Shown here one piece after another: positions 37,401-51,164 of a stretch of 64,000 nucleotides of DNA. The notes under the pieces are model-generated. The model did no database searches, was not told the DNA's origin, and saw only the letters and a program-made list of their open reading frames with translations. A program made the position numbers and the translations under genes. Every line of letters starts with the position of its first letter. Position 1 is the stretch's first letter. This stretch comes from Negaprion brevirostris (taxonomy: Eukaryota), in the NCBI GenBank assembly GCA_030324005.1, contig JARDVH010000059.1, positions 53,318,786 through 53,382,785 on the forward strand. Reading direction: 5' to 3'.

Positions 37401-38439
37401 CAAGTCACCAGTTCACATTTACATGAAGCTACATTTGACTGTTCTTGTGAGATTTTCCATTCACATCGCAAAACTTGCTCAATGTGATCATGAGCAGAAA
37501 ATCCCGGTTGGTGTCTTTTGGAATTGCAAGAGCAGATGGCCATTTATCTTTCTAAGTTACACCAGATGGCCTGTCAATCAATGCATTCCTTACAACACTG
37601 ACAACTGCAGCCTAGTTTTTGCTTTGCATTTTCAAAGTGCTGGGGATATATAAATAACTTCAGATCATCATATTTAAACAGACCTTATCCAACATTCAAG
37701 AGAGTTTACATCTCTTCCATATATTCATGACTCCAACACTGTGGGTTATGGCCCTTGGAACAGTAAAAATAGGATTTGTTGAGAGTCAGCAATAATTTCC
37801 AATTGTCCTGCGGATTTGTGCTTGTCGCTGGTGCAACTCATGCCTCACCACCTTTCCCCTACTGACAAAAATTGCATCAGCCAGAAATAACAGTGCGACT
37901 TCCCCGTCTGGGTCCCAGCTGCAAATTTTAAAGGTCTCGGAGCCATCCTGACTCCATGAACGTCTGATTCGGTGTTTACAGAATGTGACAGCCATGAGTA
38001 TTTCCTTTCCTTCATGCAAGTGGATACACTCAATGATGGTGAAACTTCCAGATGCACTGTCCTGTTACTTTAATATTTAAGTTCCTTAACTGAACTTATT
38101 GATAATTTTAGTCTTTATAGCACAGAAAACTTTGATTATCAAAAGTAGATTCTCATTAACAACCCTTTATTTTGTCCCCAAACATTGAAGACCCACATGA
38201 ACATTTTTTTACTCTTTTCTTCAGTGCAATTAACTGTGGGTTGCAGCAGCGACCCGTGAGGGCTGTGCCCTGCTGTCCAAAAATCATTTCCTTTCTTCTT
38301 TGTACTTGGACTGGATTAGCGCCCTTACACCTTAAAATGATTCCCTGTACTTTGTTCTTCTTGCTTGATTACATATTAATTAAAAAATAATGACATCTGT
38401 TTTGCCTAGAGGTTTTGTCTTACTGACAGTCTTTTATGA

Positions 38440-38768
38440 AGAAAGGTTAGGCTTGACAGTGTGTGCACATACATTGGAGGAAGAGCTAATAAAGTGGGAA
38501 AACTAGCTGATGGAAAGCATAACAGTTTAATAATGGGTCAGCCTGTGCAAGCGTTAGCCTGACCGCTGTCAATGTACTATTAATCACAGTCTACGGCAAT
38601 TACCTTGTTAAGGGATTGCTGGTTAAACATGTGACATTGATTGTCCTAAAAATAGGCTGGAACACTTTAGAGGGAAGTTAGTAGCACCGAGGAAGTGTCT
38701 TACAGTAAACTGCTTGAACGTGAAAGACCGGTCTGGATTGATTCTTCCACCTCAGCCACTTTGTAAGT
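38440..38768 (+). promoter_or_regulatory. Putative muscle-type DTNA promoter and short non-coding first exon
   Basis: Exact MEF2 consensus CTAAAAATAG at 38646-38655, E-box CATGTG at 38628-38633, donor gtaagt at 38763; non-repetitive block; no ATG between the MEF2 site and the donor. Confidence 0.5.
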
Positions 38769-39504
38769 GACAACCGCTAAACATGGCCTGTATTTTAAGC
38801 TTTGTAGGCTCTTGTCAAAAACAGATGCTTGCTTCCTTGAATATATTTAATATTGAACATAATAATGATAGATTTAATGCCTCTGGAATGCTCCTTTCCA
38901 AAATTAGTCAGCAGTGAATGGGGCTGATGTTGGATCTATCGTCCTCAAGATTATGTCAGAGGTTTCTGTGACCACCACCTGGAAGTATGACTTTTTTCTC
39001 TTGTAAACCTTCCGTCATTGATACCAGGAGTACTACTTTTGCAATTTCACAGACTTCAGGGTCCTCCTTCACCATGGAAATTGGCTTCAACTCCTCCCGC
39101 TACTTATCTGAGGGTTGCTGTCAGTGGGTTGGGCGGCCATAAATTGTTACTTCTCATCAGGAAAGCTGCATTTTGATGTTTAGCAGTGGCAGCTCATTGC
39201 AAGTATGTAAATAGATAGAAATTGGCCTTAGGACCTCTTGGTTCAGGTGAATGCTACTCTCCCAGTGTGAACTTTGATCTTGAAAACAAGCCCAGACTAA
39301 TTTCTGCTGAGTAGAGTCGTCTTTCTGATTTAAAGTTTATTTATTAATCACAAGTAGGCCTACATTCATACTGAAATGAAGTTACTGTGATATCCCTGTC
39401 ACCATTACCACACTTCTGTCATTATCAGACATAGTATTGTCAGAGGACACTGCCACTTTAGCAATTGTATAGATGCCTCTTGGAACAGAGTCTACAGATA
39501 AACA

Positions 39505-39897
39505 GTGGGCAGAATCTTGTGGAGGCCACCGGCGAAGGTATCAGCTGGAGAACTGTTGAGAACCCCCTGTTGACCCTTTTATGGAAAGCCTACCACATCT
39601 TGTGCTACTCTGGCACTTAATCAGCTGGTAGCTCTTCTGCACTCAGTAGAATTACCAGGGAAACAGTGACTGCTGCAAATATGATGTTTACTCGAGGACT
39701 TTGATCAAGAAGGGATCTATGCAAGGTAAATGATGGTGGGAAGGAGTTTGCCCAAGAAGAGGTGGTTGTGAGTAAGAGTGAGGAAGTGGTTCTCAGCAAG
39801 CCTCCTCTTCCTGATACTGGATCCCCCCAGTCAGGCATTGAATGCCTTTGAAAGGACCAGAGAATCCTGCTGGTTTAACAGTTGGGGAATTCTGGTT
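39505..39897. mobile_element. GC-rich MITE-like element; similar blocks near 7720-7880, 27380-27950, 32560-33250, 36870-37510, 50280-51060, 53820-54450 and 61755-61885
   Basis: Ends gggcagaatctt ... gaattctgg form degenerate terminal inverted repeats, shared in style across copies. Confidence 0.55.
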
Positions 39898-40339
39898 ATA
39901 ACATATGGAAAACAGACTGTTCCAGTTGACAGCTTCTAGATCAGGTTGTTCAAGCTAAAGGGACTCTGATTGCCACAGGTAATTTGTCAGCAGGGCAAAA
40001 TTAAAAACAGAGTGACTTAGTAAATTAGAAGTGGAATCAACTGTGTATGTCATCTGTAGTTTCCAGCGCTTTTTAGTAGGAGACATGTAAAACCTGATGT
40101 CCTGTTCTTAAAATCAGGAATTCAAAAGACAATTATTTGACTATATCCATACAAGGCGGTCAATATTCATTTTTATGTTTCAGTTTTTCTCCCTCTATTA
40201 CCAGCAAATTCTGATTTTGTTTGGTTAAAATTATAACTTGCTGTGCAAAATAGTTACTCTGTAAAGGCAGCTGATCTCACAATAAAAGAACTGTGACTTT
40301 TTTTCTCCAGGATCAGGATGAAAAAGTTTGTTTTAGCCT

Positions 40340-40613
40340 TTTCTAACATGAACAGCTGGATTCGCAGCAACCATGGCAACAGGTCACATGATTCGGTGTA
40401 TTAGATTGCCTGGCAGCAAGTGCATTAAGGAATCAGAGGAGAGAGTTCACAGAGGCCTGGCCCCAAGATGAAGCGTTGTGTTTATTTTAGATTGCATGTA
40501 CAGTTAAATATGTTAAAGACTGAATCTTCTCTCACAAGTTGTTCCTGCTCAGCTGAAGCAGCACTACTTGGACACGTTATTGTTTAGGCGTGGCCACCGT
40601 GCATCAGGTAAGA
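40340..40613 (+). promoter_or_regulatory. Putative second DTNA promoter and non-coding exon
   Basis: E-box CAGCTG 40353-40358, RFX X-box-like gcaaCCATGGCAAC 40367-40380, GTCACATGA E-box 40383-40391, strong donor CAG|gtaaga at 40607/40608; a stop codon in the DTNA frame makes it non-coding. Confidence 0.5.
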
Positions 40614-43600
40614 ACAAATGGGTCTAATCTCGAAAAGCTGGAGATTTAGGCCCTATTAGTTCATGTTTTTGAAGTTGTATCTGTCGGTGCATAACCTGTT
40701 TCAGCTTTTGACAAAGGTTTGGTTGTATTACAAATGTGTTCAGGACTTCTGCCAAGGCAGAAATTTGCAGTTCTTCAGTGTAGATAATTGCATTCTGTGA
40801 TTTTAAGAAGCAGTTCTTTGTAAATTAAGTTATCAATAGTAAAAGTTTCCTTAAGTTTGAACGAGTTCAGCCACAGTTTACAGTCTAGTTTTTCTTCAAC
40901 GTACTGTTAAGATATTTGCCATAAAAAAGGATATTAGAACATAATGTCTACAATATTAAGTGATATAAAGTAAATCCAGATTACAACTGCACAATGAGTA
41001 AAGAAAGTAGGACCAAAAACATAACTGGAAATAGANNNNNNNNNNTACCAAGAAACCAGGAAAAATATATTTACATAAGAATTGATAAATGTTTTGATTG
41101 GTTTGCCAGCATAGTATTTAAACCAAAAAAAATGTAAATGTTAAAAAAGCAGTTGAATTCCATGATCTGAAAGTTTTGGTGCAAGAAGCGTGAGCTTTGA
41201 TGACACAAAAACTATTCTCATCTTTGACGCAATGTTTTCTTCTGACGTGCATGTCAAAATGAGGGTCATTCATTGAACAACTTCTATACGGACCAAATTG
41301 TTTTATTGAGCAATTAAATCCTGTTATGTGTAACTGTAAAACTTTTATTGTGCTTTTAAAAGTTGTTAAATTACCAAATAGGTTGTTCATGACTACAACT
41401 ATCTCTGATAGTTGTAACAACAGATGAAGTAATGCCAGAAAATGTGGGTTCGGATTTGCCAATGGCTTGGCTTGTATTTTGATGTTTAAAGCTTCCAATG
41501 CTTAACTTATCCTGCATGGTGTTACTTTTTCAGCAATGTATGAACAGCAGTTGCATTGGATCATTGACTGACAAAGGCAGGTGTGTAGAAAGAATTGATG
41601 TGTAGGGCACAGTTGAAATGGATTTGCCAAACCTCAGGGGAACTTGGGCTGGCATTTTGACCACAAGCCCATTCTTGCGTGGAACAGCTGAACTACATTT
41701 CAGTAGAAGGTCACTCTCTAGGCGTCATTGAATTCTGTACATAAGTCACTTTTATCTTTTTTATTTGACACTTAAAGGCTGAAAAGGGAATTCTTTTTAC
41801 TGAAATTACCAGAGCAGGCATGTCAAACTCAATTTACATGGTGGGACTGATCCAACATACTGGTACCTGGCAAGAGTTAAACAAGAGTCACTTTTACATG
41901 CTGGAGTGGCAAACTTTAAATGCTTCACTTGTTTTTTCCGGTGTCTGATCTTGTAGCTAATTTACACTGGCAGCATAGCCACTACTATATCACTGTCCTC
42001 ACTGTTTTTAGGTCGGCCTGTCAGCTACCTGAAATCAGTACTAGGTCAATTTGAACATGTAAATAAGTATCCCCTGCTTGTTTCTGCACCTTGCTCAAAT
42101 CTCACTGTCAAACTCCGTCCTATTCCCCAAGCTTCAAAATCTCAACCTTTGCACCCCTGCTCCACCCACCTCCCACTATTACTGTCCCACTACCAATTTT
42201 CAATTTGTCAACCTTCTGACATCTAGACTTTGCTTTATAGAAGTAGTAGCCCAGTAAAGGGAAAATGTTTTTAAAAATCACCATGTTTTATTTCTATTTC
42301 AGTTAATTAAGTACAAAATTGGCAAAATGTAAATAAGTAACTTGGTTCTGTTTTTAAAATTCGCATTGACTTGTTCTCCTCCTTGGTCCATTGTGAGACT
42401 GAGTGGGAGCACTGTTGGAATATTCAGCAGATGGGGGCTTCTTATTGAAGGAAGGTTGGTGAAGGAATAGAAACACTTGGTGCTGATTCATTATGATGTT
42501 ACCTGGTATGTGAAAGTACAGATGCAAAGAAAGACTTTTGTCGATTTCATTAAACCAAAGGATGTGGAACTGATGAGAAATCCAGGGAGTTTATTTGGGT
42601 AGCATCTGGCATTGGTTTCAGAGTGTAAGGTTTGTGACCAGATTTCACTTATCTGTTTACATGGGCTATGTACTTACTGAGGACATTACAGTGTAGGATA
42701 TATTTTGTAACTTGTGTTCGTACAAATCAGTATACATCTGTAAAGATACAACTGGGAAAAGGTGCAACTCGGGTGAAGGAGTTGCGTATTACAGTTCATC
42801 TTGTTTGTTAAATTTTTTTATTCTTTGGTTAAAAGTTCATCAGTTGAGTCCTATGACTGTTCAGTAGCTGCCTTCCACCTATCTAAATAAAAGTTAGGAT
42901 CTATCAAGCTGAGTTCCAATCTGAGATCTGACCTGTCCAATTTTTTTTTAACTAGAGTTACAAGGCAATGGAATTCATGGCAGCAGTTTCTGATTAAAGC
43001 AAAGAATATGTTAATGTTTAAAGATGGGTTTGACAAATGGTTGATGAAGAGGGGGACAAAACAATTGCCCATGGGTTAGAAGTATTGTTTCTATGGAGGA
43101 TAAACTGCATCACAGACTGACCAAGTTAAATGGCAGGTTTCCATTTTGTAAATAGGTACAGTTTAAATTTAATTGTTATATATTCTTCAACACTTCTCTT
43201 TTTTTTTAAACTGGAGTCCCATTGCTTATTATAGGATTAACAATATCAGACTTGAACAAGAATAGAAGCCAGTTGGGGAAGGGAATCCATTGCAAGAATT
43301 TTTTAAATTGTTTTCAGTGGGAAAGGAGGTCTATCAAAATTAAAGGACANNNNNNNNNNNNNNNNNNNNNNNNNNNNNNNNNNNNNNNNNNNNNNNNNNN
43401 NNNNNNNNNNNNNNNNNNNNNNNNNNNNNNNNAAAATGTAGTGCTTTAATCTGACGTGTTTAGAATTAAATGTCAGGATCCAAATTGATCATTGATGGCC
43501 ATATAAAGTTTAAAGTTTATTTATTAGTGTCAGAAATAGGCTTACGTTACTGTGAAAGTCCCCTTTGGTCAGATAATGTGTAATTATTATACATCTGTGG

Positions 43601-44689
43601 GCAGTTTTTTTGTTCTCTGCAGTCAAATGCTTAAATATTTCTACATTGACACAGGCACAAAATTTTAATAGAAATTTCAGCAGAAGTTCTGGGAGCAATA
43701 AGACATCCAATTGCAAGTTTCAAATTCCCGTGGCAGTCACCAATAAAGCTCAAATTACTGGTGGGCATTAGTTTCAAACCACACCAAATCTAATATTTTA
43801 TTTGTTAAGTAATACAGGATGAAAGAAGGCGTGCCCAGAACTTGACCATCTACACTGCCCATGGCCATCATTATGCCACCAACCATTTCTGTCAGTTCCG
43901 GCTCACCTAGCAGGCAATGACTAACTGCCTTTTGCATATTCCAGATCCTCAAAGAGGTGTTGTTTGCCAGAAGGATACTTGAACCACAGAGACAGAATTG
44001 TCAAGTGTTTTTAGCTTTTCTATTTCTATCTCCTTCCAGGCTAGTGTTTCATTCGACTGTAATGTTAGCCATCATGCTTATAACACTTATAACAAATGGG
44101 TGAGTAATGCATCGGTCACTATCGCCAACACTATCATCTTCCTTCCCAATGAATAACAGCAAGCGTATGATGTGTTTGCACAAGGTCATTTCACTGAAGT
44201 TTCACTGCATTTCTGAAAGTACAGAAGTCGTTGATGATAGTTATGGCTATTGGGCATCAGATGCATTTTTCTCCTCTGCCAGTTCCACTTGTTATTCCTC
44301 ACCTATGTACTGTGATTCATTTGGTATGACCTACTCAATTTCATTGACTGCATCCTCCAGGATGTGGCATTTATAAATGTTAAAGAGACAGATGCAAGGA
44401 CTTCCTCCGACAAGTTGTGCTCACAAGCCCACATTGACAGACTGGTGAAATTCCGAGCTTGTGGAATCTTTGCTTTTCTTTTAATTTTCATTACAAATAA
44501 GCTTAAATTCAGTGGGTTGTTCCACTTGACCAGAGATTATAGGTAGAAAAGAGAAAACACCTGTTAGTTTTACTTACAACATTTTCCTGCTCATCTGCAG
44601 GAACACCAAAGTAAGATCTTCACTGCTCCAGATTCATATAGGCCAAAGAGAAAGGAGGAAGATGGTGGGAAGACATAAGGAAATACATA

Positions 44690-45400
44690 GGATTATCTTG
44701 GGATATACAGCACAGTAACAGGCCATTCAGCACTCTGTTTTAACTACCCCCTGTGGCAGAGAGTTTCACATTTTGAGTCAAGAAGTCTCTACCAAATTTT
44801 CTGTTGGATTTCTTGTTAACCAACACGTATTGATGGCCTTCCCAAACAAGGAAACATTGCCTCACTATCCACTCTATAAAACCTTCCAGAATTTTAAAGA
44901 CCTTAATCAGCTTCTCCATTCAGCTATCTTTCCGTTGAAAGAAGATGTAGCTTGTCAATTCTTTTGTGATATGAATACTTGTGCATTTCTGTATAAGCCT
45001 TGTAAATCTGTTCTGCATCTTCTCCAATGCCTCCATATCCTTTTTGTAATACGGCAACCAGAGCTGTGCGCAGTACTTGGAGGAATGATGGAACCAAGCT
45101 TTGGTAGAGGCATAACAGAAATTCTCTACATTTCAATTCTATCCCTCTCAAAGTAAAGCCTAGTACTTGATTCTTTTTTTATGACCATTGCCAGCCTGTG
45201 GTACATTCTTTAGAAATGATACATTTATACTCTGAGATCCCTTTGTTGCTCTACCCCACTTAGACTTTCACCTTCCAGGAAACAAGTGGCCTCTTTATTC
45301 CCCCCATCAAAATGTACAGCCTCACTTTTATCTGTATTGAATTTGCTGATTCTACAAGTTTATTAATATCCTCCTGTAATTTGTTTCAGTCCTCAATATT
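44690..45400 (-). mobile_element. CR1 LINE 3' relic
   Basis: RGIELKCREFLLCLYQSLVP on the minus strand, plus tail sequence. Confidence 0.75.
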
Positions 45401-46439
45401 TGCCATCCCTACTACATCATCAACATCTGCTCTCTCTGTTACCTCCTTAGAAAATTCAATAGAGCGTGGGTAGGTGAATAAACAAGAGGCAATGGTACAT
45501 GAAGAGCATGGGAATGGTACAGAGGTGCAATACTCACATACATCTGATGCAATATGCAACATCAGTCTTTGCAAACTGCAAGCACTGACAGAAGTGCAAC
45601 AGCACGGTCATAGTCAAACAAAACAAATTCAGAGAAACGTTCTTAAACGTTAAATGACAATTAGGTTGTAATGATTATGACTGTTGCATCCTGTTGGGCT
45701 GTGCCTCAGCATTCCCACTAATAGCTTCTGGAGGAGCAGGAGAACCTTTTGAAAGGTCATCCAGAAATACTCGGTGGCTCTGCCTTGATGCTGCCTGACA
45801 TGCTGAGCATGTCCTGCATTTTTTGTTTTCATCATTTATAGGGCCACTCACTCTGGGAAAGAAAAGTTGATCAGTTGCAATGTTTAGACCATTGTGGATT
45901 CCAATCAAAACTATAGTTTGAATCTTAGCTGGTTTATTATCAATTAGCAATGCAGTAGCTGAGAGAGAATTAATGTGATTTATGAAACACCTTTTTCAAG
46001 ACGTCAAATGTATTTCACAGCCCCAGGTTCATCCCAGGTCTGCACCTTTCTTATGTTCGCTTGGCAGTTAATTGCTCTGCTCAGACACAGTTGGAGAGGC
46101 TGTTACTCTTTATCCCAGAAAGAACAGATATGGAAAATTAACCACAAGAAATTCACCACGAAAGAGCCCAGCCCAATTTTTTTTTTAAGAACATCTTGGA
46201 GCGTGTTGGCCACGTTGGTGCTGGATGTTTAGTACATCCACTACTGTTTAGTAGTGGATGATTCATCTTAGCAAGCTGTCTGTAATACATTTAATAATTA
46301 GGAATGTTTTTCCAAATTTATTGACTAACAAATAAGGCTTATTGAGCTCATGCTGGCTTTCTGTAAAGTAAAGATGTATGCACAGGAATATGCATATTAT
46401 ACAAAAACGGACCAAGAAGGATTATGATGAATACAATCG

Positions 46440-47969
46440 TCAACCTGGTACCTAAGAAAAACCAAGCAACGTGCATTTACAACTATCGGCCGGTGGCTCT
46501 GGCATCCATCATTATGAAGTGCTTTGAAAGATTAGTCATGATACGAATCAATTCCAGCCTCCAGAACTACCTGGACCTGCTACAGTTTGCCTACCGCCAC
46601 AACAGGTCCACGGCAGACACCATTTTCCTGGCTCTGCACTCAACCCTGGAACACCGAGATAACAAGGACACCTATATCAGACCGCTATTTATTGACTGCA
46701 GCTCAGCCTTCAACACTATTATTCCCACGAAACTCATCTCCAAACTCTGTGGCCTGGGCCTCGGCACCTCCCTCTGCGACTGGATCCTGAACTTCCTAAC
46801 TCACAGACCACAATCAGTAAGAATAGGCAACGACAACACCTCCATGATCATTCTCAACACCAGTGCCCACAAGGCTGTGTTTTCAGCCCTGTACTATTTG
46901 CCTTATACACCTATGACTGTGTGACCAAATTCCCCTCCAATTCAATTTTCAAGTTTGCTGACGACACCACTGTAGTAAGTCGGATCTCAAACAATAACGA
47001 CACAGAGTACAGAAATGAGGTAGAGAATCTGGTGAACTGGTGCGGCGACAATAATCTCTTCCTCAATGTTAACAAAACAGAGATTGGCATTGACTTCAGA
47101 AAGCATAAAAGAGAACATGCCCCTGTCTACGTAACAGGGACGAAGTAGGAAGGGTCGAGAGCTTTACGTTTTTAGATGTTCAGATCACCAACGACCTGTC
47201 CTGATCCCCTCATGCCGCTTCTTCCCTGCTGTTATCAGACTTTTGAATGGACTTACTTTGCATTAAGTTGGTCTTTCTCTACACCTTAGCTATGACAGTA
47301 ACACTACATTCTGCACTCTCTTATTTCTGTCTCCATGAACAGTATGCTTTTATATAGCCACAAGAAACAATACTTTTCATTGTATGTTAATACATGTGAC
47401 AATAATGTCGGCATAAGAAGACACCCATGCCTCTACTTTCTCAGAAGACCAAGGAAATTTGGCATGTCAGCTACAACTCTCACCAACTTCTACAGATGCC
47501 CAATAGAAAGCATTCTTCCTGGTTGTATCACTGCTTGATATGGCTCCTGCTCTGCCCAAGACCACAAGGAACTACAAAAGGTCGTGAATGTGGCCCAATC
47601 CATCTTACAAACCAGCCTCCCATCCATTGACTCTATTTACATATCCCGCTGCCTCGGCAAAGCGACCAGCATAATTAAGGACCCCATGCATTCCAGACAT
47701 TCTGTCTCTTCCACCTTCTTCCTTCAGGGAAAAGATACGAAAGTCTGAGGTCATGTACCAGCTGCCTCAAGAACAGCTTCTTCCCTGCTGCTGTCAGAGT
47801 TTTGAATGGACTTACTTTGCATTAAGTTGGTCTTTCTCTACACCCTAGCTATGACTGTAACACTACATTCTGCACTCTCTTGTTTCCTTCTCTATGAACG
47901 GTATGTTTTATATAGCTGCAAGAAACAATACTTTGTACGTTAATACATGTGACAATAAATCAAATCAAA
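46440..47969 (+). mobile_element. Rex1/Babar-type LINE, 5'-truncated RT plus 3'UTR, relatively young but frameshifted
   Basis: [46 protein letters not shown]; KFADDTTVV; LYFLRR..FYRCPIESIL; tail aataaatcaaatcaaa. Confidence 0.9.
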
Positions 47970-47974
47970 GGCAG

Positions 47975-48480
47975 ATTGTACTTGACTAACCTAAATGAAA
48001 GAAGTAACAGAAGAGGTTGAAGAAAGGAGACAATAGGTTTTGTCTCAATTAATAAAAATTGACAGGCTGCCACATAAAAGACTGGTTAACAAAATTGAGG
48101 TTCACAAGAAACAGGAGAGCCAGTGCCAGTTTGAATAAAAGACTGAATCAGGGTAAATATTTTTCAAATTGGAGGATCATAGACTGGTGTTCCCCAGGGG
48201 ATAGTGCTACATCCACTTTTTTTTATTATATATAAATGACTGATACTGGAAGACATAGTAAGATTTTCAAAATTTGCCACTGATAAGAAAACTTGGAGGC
48301 AAACAGCAAGGATGATATTATTTGACATAGATAAGCCAATAGAATGGGCAGACAAGCAGTGCATGAAATTTAACACAGGTAAGTGTGAGATGATGAGGTG
48401 ATTCATTTTGGCAGAAGGTATAGGAAGGGTAATATAGGCACAATGACACAATTCTAAAGAGCGTGCAGAGATGGAGGGCC
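47975..48480 (+). mobile_element. CR1 LINE RT relic
   Basis: GVPQGIVLHPLFFIIYK, SKFATD and EWADKQCMKFNTGKCE. Confidence 0.8.
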
Positions 48481-51164
48481 TCAGGTCCAACACTCCAGCC
48501 CCACCCACTTGCTGCACCAAGTCCACCACATTGCACCGGACATGGTCTGAGCTGATGTGGCTGCCTGTATTGCTGACTGAGAAGAAGAAGAAGAAATATT
48601 TAAGATCTTGGCAAATTATCAGGTACCTGATCCAACTCAGTTGTTTCATTGATAATGGCTTGGAATTGGGATTGTGGTAGCAAACTGTCAAGGAGGTTGG
48701 CAGCATGTAATTGTGCATTTGCCTGCCTCTGATCCAGATGTTACACCAATTTTAAAAAATCCAGTACTATGCCACTGATTCATCTGGAAGATATAAGGAC
48801 TATTTTTGAAGGTAGAATGAAGGTAATGCATTGGATGGGGAGACAGTGCTACAGGCGCGAGGATTGAGTCAACGGGGATGTTCCTTGGTGCTTTGATGTT
48901 ATAAAGCTCTGATAGCTGGCAGGGCTGGTGGCCCTTGTTTGTTCTTGTCACCTGTTCCTGTACCACTTTTCTTACCAGGTGGCTCTGAGGTTTACCCGTT
49001 GTAGAGCACAGTAATAAAACTGGTATGAAATTGCAATAATATTGGAGATTCCCTCAGGCCTATATTGCAGGCTGCCTTCAAGTCAATCCAAGTAGCAGAA
49101 TCTCTAATTTAGAATGCTCATAGTTAGTTCAGTCAGAGCTCTGATAGAAATCTGGCTCTCTGCATTTGTGATTTGATTCCTCATAGATATGGTGAACCAT
49201 ATGCTCAGGTGAACATGCTTTGACCCCAAGCAGCAGCCTGACATTTGATGATTTGGGTGGAAGAGAGGGATAATTGAGGCCTGGCACCGGATAAAAGTAT
49301 CATGACGCGCCAGGAAGCCAGACATCTACTTTCATGATGCACTGTCTGTCGTCCCACACCAGCTGAACATTGAGTGAGTGGCAGCCTTTTCTGTGCATGT
49401 ATGCTGCAGACTCTTGACGTGGAGCAAACAAGATTGAGTTCAGTCAACTAAGACTTTACGCCTGGGAAAGATTGCTATCTAGGTTAAAGTCAAAGTGTTA
49501 TTTTTTGAAAAAGAGGGAGCAAGTTCATTTGCCTGCTCTGGCCATATTACACTAGCTATGCTTTGTCGAATCAGTTCTGTGAATCTTTACTTTTACACTT
49601 GACTTTCTCAGTAACAGTGTTCTCATGATAAAGACATTGAATCTGACATCCTCTTACCCAAAATTTACTTTAAACTTTTTGAAAAGGGAAAATGAACAAT
49701 ATAAATCCACAAAAAGTAGCTTTAACAACAAGAACATCTGAACATCCAAAAGTACATTCCACATCTGAGTTTACTGTATCCATTAGTGTTTGTTTTGAGA
49801 AGCGATATGAACACCATGTAAAGAATTCATAGGGCGTCCTTCTTTGTATGACTTTTGTGCCAACATTCCAATATGTTGGCGAGAGGTTGAAGTTTTACTA
49901 ATGGACCCGACCTGTTTTTTATACTGAGAGTCCAGTTTTGTAGACTTGAATTTTACATGCTAAATCAGCTTTGCTCAAATACATTTTGGGATTTTCTTAA
50001 TGCTGTTTACTAACGTAACAGACACAAATACACTTGGAGTTTGTAGATGTGACATTTAGAGTAACCTTTCCTCGGGCAGAATTTGTTAGTTTCCACCAAG
50101 TTGCAGAAAGCGAAAGGATTGCAACAAGAGATATATGCCACTTAAGATGTTTACTTGGGATACCAGAGCAAGTTTAATTCAGGACAAAATTAGACAGAAC
50201 TTAAAGTGCTTTCCCCTATGGCGAGTTTAGTGGCATTTAAAGAGGCATGTGGGTGGTGGGTGAGGACCATTCTGCCTCCACTTCAATTTAAGTCCATGGT
50301 GGGNNNNNNNNNNTCTGTGGCCAGTTTTCCATCCTCCCTCCAATTGATGGCCTCATCCTGTCACTGCTGTTATTAATCCTGTGATAGGTTGGAGTCTTGC
50401 CACGCAGGGAGCATGATGAGCAGTCCCTTGTGGGATTGCTTGCCTGCTCCGAGGGGTGTACCTCATTCAAAGGCACCCAGTGCCTGATGGAGTATCTCAA
50501 CATTGGGAATGGAATGTGTCAGCTGAGAGCCACCTCACACCCCGCACTTGCTGCTGACCCCACGCCCTTCCACCTCAACCCCTGAAGTTACACACTTGCT
50601 ACCACTCATCTGTAGTCTGGGACCCAATGACGACCCTTGGCCTCATTTAGATGTTGTATTGGCCACAGCCACCACCTCCCCTTTGATGGTGCTGTTTCAT
50701 AGAGCTGCTGGTTCTGAAGAAGGGTCTTGTTCAACTTGAAATGAGATTTTGTCATCAGCTTACCCTTCCCCAGGGCATAATCATAATCACTTCAGATGTC
50801 TCTGTTTTTGCCATTCCCTTCGCTACCCCAAGGTGGGTTCTGAGCTGGGGGTGAAGTAAATTTGAATACATGGGGATTCCCCCCTGTGAATCTGCCTGCC
50901 CCAACCCTGACACAATTTTATACTTGAGTGGGCAGGACCCCACTAAATGGCCACTTAAGGTCCTCTTTTCCTGCCCAGCCTCAATTTTTAGGATGATAGG
51001 TGCATGCAGGGTGGGATTCTTGGATGGGAAGCGGGGGCACACCGCAATCTAAAGGCCCCTTCAGAGTTGGAGTACCATCTCTTCTAGGACGTTGGAGCTC
51101 TAGCGCTCCCTCCTTCCTGGCCTACTCCCTGATGCCCATGATCCTTCTCCTACTTCAATAGAAT

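Noticed and set aside
46424-47630. RT-like ORFs as a host or domesticated gene
   Set aside because: Frameshifted, 5'-truncated Rex/Babar LINE with a normal tail.
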